Below, piece by piece: positions 27,641-32,000 of a stretch of DNA of 32,000 bases (position 1 is its first letter; each line of letters begins with the position of its first letter). This stretch comes from Desulfotalea psychrophila LSv54 (lineage in GTDB: Bacteria > Desulfobacterota > Desulfobulbia > Desulfobulbales > Desulfocapsaceae). The notes beneath the pieces were generated by a model. The model searched no databases, was not told the origin of the DNA, and saw only the letters and a list, made by a program, of their open reading frames with translations. Position numbers and translations under genes: made by a program. The stretch is from contig NC_006138.1 of NCBI RefSeq assembly GCF_000025945.1, forward strand, positions 3,390,001 through 3,422,000, given 5' to 3'.

Positions 27641-28174
27641 GTGGTTCGCCATATAAAAATTAACTACTGCATGGTGTGGCTTATGAAAAGGCTGAAATAT
27701 TCGACCAAGTTTTTTAAAGATATCTCTCTCCACACCCCCTTTGTCAAGATGCTGGCCCTATTGATTATCCTCTGGCTCATATTTTCTGCCGCCCTCTACT
27801 TTTCAGAGTCAAATGTTGAGGGCTCGTCTATCCATACCTATGGAGATGCCCTCTACTGGGGAATCGCCGCCTTTTCCACCGCAGGAATAGCGGATTCGCC
27901 CACATCCAATACAGCCCAATTTGTCGGTGGACTATGGATAGTCATCGGTTCCATGCTCTTCTTTGGCACCATTGTCGCAACTATCACAACCTATTTTATG
28001 AGGCCAATGCAACGTCCCCATAGAAGAATAATTGATGCAATAGAGTACAATCTCGAACAGCTGGATGATCTGACAGTTGAAGAGCTTTCCCTCTTAAAGA
28101 ATACAGTTGATGCCCTTATCATGCATGTCGAACGCATGAGGAAAAAACAGGATGACGAACAGCAGGCTGAGTAG
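27641..28174 (+). CDS. Two-TM ion-channel-like (Ion_trans_2-like) protein
   Basis: TM1 [17 protein letters not shown], pore-like [21 protein letters not shown]2 [26 protein letters not shown], cytosolic coiled tail. The true start may be internal. Confidence 0.7.
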
Positions 28175-28212
28175 TTTTTCCAGAAAACTTACCTTACAAA
28201 AAGCGGGGATGG

Positions 28213-29661
28213 ATGATGAATTTCTCAAATAGCTACAGACAACTGGGCAGTGATTTCTATGAAGAGAGCCTGCCTACCCCTGTTTTGGCCCCCCGGCTCC
28301 TCTTATGGAATGCTCCTCTGGCTGAACAGCTGATGATTCCAGAGGAACTGGGGCAGGCTGCCCTGGCTCAGATTTTTTCGGGGAATCAGCTTCTGCCCGG
28401 CTCAGAACCCATCGCCATGGCCTATGCAGGACACCAATTTGGTAGCTTCGTCCCCCAACTGGGAGATGGCAGGGCCCATCTGCTTGGCGAGGTATTCGAT
28501 AAATCCGGACAGAGATGGGACATTCAGCTCAAGGGCTCCGGCCCCACCCAATTTTCCCGTGGAGGAGATGGTCGTTGTGCCGTCGGCCCCGCCCTTCGAG
28601 AGTTCATCATGAGTGAGGCAATGTATGCCCTGGGCGTTCCCACCAGCCGCTGTTTAGCCGTTGTCACCAGCGGAGAAGACGTTTACCGTAGGTCCATACT
28701 ACCGGGGGCCATCGTAACCAGAATTGCCTCAAGTCATCTGCGCGTTGGCACCTTTGAGTTCTTCGCCGCCCGGGGCGAGCATGAGGCCCTTAAGCGCCTC
28801 TGCGACTATACCATTGATCGCCATTTTCCAGAGTTGCAGGGGGCCACAGATCAATATATCCGCTTTCTTGACAGGGTCATTGGCAGACAAATTCAACTGA
28901 TCACAGAATGGATGAGGGTTGGATTTATCCACGGAGTCATGAATACAGATAACACCTCCCTCGCCGGAGAAACCATCGACTACGGCCCCTGTGCCATGCT
29001 GGGAGCTTATGATCCTCATACCGTTTACAGCTCCATTGATATCAAGAAACGCTATGCCTTTGGCAACCAGTCTGCAATAAGCCAGTGGAACATGACACGA
29101 TTGGCTGAATGTCTATTGCCACTGATCAACGCCGACAGGAACAGGGCAATAGACCAGCTTAACCCCCTTCTGATAGCCTATACAGATAGATTCAACCGGG
29201 TGTATATAAAGATGATGGGCAAAAAGCTTGGACTGACATCCCTTCAAGCAAAGGATGAGAAGCTTATCATCTCCCTCCTCGATCAGCTTAAGATAGGAAA
29301 AATGGACTATACCCTCACCTTCGACCTCCTGACCAAGTCCCTGAGCTCTGAGCCCATCGCCTCGCAAATGCGGGGGCAACTGGGCAACTACTTTGATCTT
29401 TGGCAAAGGCGATTAAAAGAACAGGGTACAGATCTCCAAGAGGTTCAAACCCTGATGAGACAACAGAATCCGCTCCTCATCCCCAGAAACCATCATATCG
29501 AAGCGGCAATTGCAGAGTGCGAGCAAACGGGTCGGGTGAATCTTGCTGAAAAGCTTCTCCACGTTCTCCGCGCCCCCTATGAAGAGCTGACAGAAACACA
29601 CCTCTACCAAGACCCGCCGAGCGACGGTGACAAAAACTACCAAACCTTCTGTGGCACCTGA
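28213..29661 (+). CDS. selO: Protein adenylyltransferase SelO (YdiU/UPF0061)
   Basis: [85 protein letters not shown]. Confidence 0.97.
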
Positions 29662-29848
29662 GACTCAGCTCTGCCCCCTTCCCCACAGCCACCAGGCCGA
29701 AGCATCGGGCCCTGTAGGGGAGCCGATTGGTAAGGGCCATTTTTTCCCGCTATACTGAAAGCTACAAACTCGGCGGCTTGACCTGGGGAGGCCTGGAGCC
29801 CAGGCCAAAGGATATGCTCACTTAAAACCACAACCAGAGGAGAACCTT

Positions 29849-30190
29849 ATGAAGATAAAAATTCTAGTATTTCTAGTGATCACCGCCTTTGCCGTATCTG
29901 CTTCGGCAGCAAAACCTGAATGGGCCGGCAAGGGAAAGACCACAGCTGCCCAAGAGGAACTCCATAAGGCAGGGGACAACGACAAGGCCATGCTGAAGAC
30001 AAGAGAGAGGGTGAAGGGGACAAAAGAAAAGATAGCAAAAGAGAAAGGGAATCAGACAAGCAAAAGAGGCATTGAAAAGCAGAGACAGAAAAAATCAGAG
30101 CAGATACAAAAAGAGTTAGATAAGGGCTCTGAGCAGGGCCAAGAGTCCCGGCAGGAAAGAAAAAAATGGTGGAATTTTCTTGATAACTAA
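29849..30190 (+). CDS. Small secreted/periplasmic Lys/Glu-rich protein
   Basis: Signal peptide MKIKILVFLVITAFAVSASAA, then KPEWAGKGK and a highly charged predicted helix. Purine-rich RBS GAGGAGAACCTT upstream. Confidence 0.7.
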   Translation: MKIKILVFLVITAFAVSASAAKPEWAGKGKTTAAQEELHKAGDNDKAMLKTRERVKGTKEKIAKEKGNQTSKRGIEKQRQKKSEQIQKELDKGSEQGQESRQERKKWWNFLDN

Positions 30191-30374
30191 GACCTGCAGG
30201 CGGGGCTGAAAAATAGCCTCCTGGCAAAACGAGCCCTCCCCCGTCTACCGCCATGGCTTCAGCTGGCACAGGTGCATTGCCAGCCCTCTCCTACCAGGCT
30301 TGACAGATTCATTCTGCTAGGATAAGTCTAGTTAGATCTGCATTTATAGAAACTTTTTAATGAGGAGATTGGCC

Positions 30375-30557
30375 ATGGCAATATGCACAAACTGCCCCTT
30401 TCGGGCACAATATAAGCGGCGTCCAAACTCTTTGCTGGGCAGGCTGTGGCGCTGGCATGCAGGTTGGTGTCCCGGCTGGAACGCATATATGAAATCTCTT
30501 CCTCAGGAGGAGAGGGCGGATCTGGCGAAAAGATATCAGCTGAAACGTTTTCTCTAA
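30375..30557 (+). CDS. Small Cys/Trp-rich protein (60 aa)
   Basis: Start preceded by AGGAG. MAICTNCPFRAQYKRRPNSLLGRLWRWHAGWCPGWNAYMKSLPQEERADLAKRYQLKRFL*. Confidence 0.7.
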   Translation: MAICTNCPFRAQYKRRPNSLLGRLWRWHAGWCPGWNAYMKSLPQEERADLAKRYQLKRFL

Positions 30558-30834
30558 GATGACCCCAAAGCAAGACCTCGACAAAGAACAAACAAGCCAC
30601 CCCCAAAAGGGTGGCTTACCCCTCCTGCAACCGACCAGCGGAATACTCCTTCCCCTAAATAAAAATTACTCAACCTCTCCTTTAATAAGCCCCAAGGAAC
30701 TATCTCTGAATTAAGCCATTTTGTTTAATGACAAATCAGGGCCATAGTGCTTCATTAGAGGCGGCAGTAAAAAGAGCAATTTACTCGGAGTCTCGCTAGA
30801 AACTATTTTATTAACGACACAGAAAAAGTGAAAA

Positions 30835-32000
30835 ATGAATTTTTTATCCAAAGATGCCTCGCTACAAGAGTCAATTACAAAAATGAAGGCTGTTTTAGCA
30901 GATGCCGGATGTGAAACTACTTTCTCCCAGGAAAAGCATCCCCTGCAGCACTGTTATTCGGTAAACCTCACCTCAACTGAAGCACCAGAGCATATCTATG
31001 CCAATGGTAAGGGAATTCTGTCAGAGGCATCCATGGCCAGTGCCCTGGGTGAATATATTGAACGACTCCAAACCAATAACTTTTTCACTGATTTCCACCT
31101 GCCAAACCGTTCATATTTCCCTGATCAGGTCGCCTTTGAATTTGGTGGGCCTTACCTCAACGACGAACTCCGCCTGATCTATAATCCAACCGGAGAGCTT
31201 GAGGATGAAGACCTTGTTGATTACAACAGTGATCAGGAGGAGAGGATCATTGCCCTGCCCTTTGCCAAAAAATCAAATGGTGAGACTGTCCATTTTCCTC
31301 TGAATGTCCTGGCTAATCTTTATGTCAGCAATGGCCTGGCCTCCGGCAATACCCCTCAGGAAGCACAGGTACAGGCGCTCAGTGAGATTTTTGAGCGCCA
31401 TGCAAAAATAGAGATCATCAAAAATGGCTATGCCCTGCCCAAGATCCCCGACGAGACAGTCCAAGCCCTGCCACGACTGCAGAGTGATGTTCTGGCACTG
31501 CGGAAACTGGGCTACATCATCGAGGTACTTGATGCCTCACTAGGGGGACAGTTCCCCGTCACCGCCATCTCTTTGATCAACCCCAAAAACGCCTCCCTCT
31601 TTGTCTCCTTTGGCGCTCACCCCATCCTGGAGGTGGCGCTGGAGCGAACCATGACAGAGTTGATGCAGGGTCGGGAATTGGATAATCTGGATGCCTTTGA
31701 AGTGCCCACCTTTGACATGAATCTTGTCTCGGACAGTTTTAACCTTGAATCTCACTTTGTTGACTCAAATGGAAAAATAGGCTTTGGCTTTTTACGTTCC
31801 ACCAAGAGTTTTTCCTACACCCCTTGGGACTATAAAGGGGAGGGCTGTGAGGCAGAGCTGAAATATCTCACTGCCATCCTGGATAAGATGGGTAAAGAGA
31901 TCTATCTACGAGAGTACAGCTACCTTGACTTTTACTCCTGCCAGATAATCGTCCCTGAAATATCTGAGGTCTACCCCATAGATGACCTCCTCTACAATAA
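30835..32000 (+). CDS. ycaO: YcaO-domain protein (ribosomal protein S12 methylthiotransferase accessory factor-like), truncated by the window
   Basis: Open frame absent from the supplied track because no stop occurs in the window. MNFLSKDASLQESITKMKAVLADAGC...GKGILSEASMASALGEYIERLQTNNFF...NGLASGNTPQEAQVQALSEIFERH. Confidence 0.93.
   Translation, partial: MNFLSKDASLQESITKMKAVLADAGCETTFSQEKHPLQHCYSVNLTSTEAPEHIYANGKGILSEASMASALGEYIERLQTNNFFTDFHLPNRSYFPDQVAFEFGGPYLNDELRLIYNPTGELEDEDLVDYNSDQEERIIALPFAKKSNGETVHFPLNVLANLYVSNGLASGNTPQEAQVQALSEIFERHAKIEIIKNGYALPKIPDETVQALPRLQSDVLALRKLGYIIEVLDASLGGQFPVTAISLINPKNASLFVSFGAHPILEVALERTMTELMQGRELDNLDAFEVPTFDMNLVSDSFNLESHFVDSNGKIGFGFLRSTKSFSYTPWDYKGEGCEAELKYLTAILDKMGKEIYLREYSYLDFYSCQIIVPEISEVYPIDDLLYN

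Overview
The window looks like a sulfate-reducing Desulfobacterota / Desulfotalea-like chromosome (inferred from gene content only). Two parts stand out. (1) Roughly 1-6000 is accessory in character: a truncated DUF2971-like protein, a helical DUF6261-like protein, a 42-bp tandem-repeat minisatellite, and a translationally coupled two-gene module. The first gene of the module is 107 aa. The second is 1114 aa with a helical/TPR-like region, a GreA/B-C-like segment and a PIN-like segment. Both proteins carry a related H-x-G-x-GDN-(I/V)-xx-(N/D)-K-(V/I)-I-N element on either side of their shared 1-nt gene overlap. This is the strongest candidate for a defence/conflict system here and resembles TPR-GreAB-C-PIN / GAPS6-type systems. 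(2) 6266-32000 is mostly ordinary chromosome: two identical tRNA-Arg(ACG) genes with look-alike terminators, an ethylbenzene-dehydrogenase-related lipoprotein plus a cytochrome-like membrane protein, catalase, lutABC-like genes, RNase E/G with a basic N-terminal extension, lptD, a pyrK-pyrD-DUF1232-aroD-aroE-aroA cluster, prepilin peptidase, thioesterase, ICMT-like protein, an atypical two-TM channel, selO, small ORFs and a truncated ycaO. No CRISPR array, integrase or transposase was recognised.
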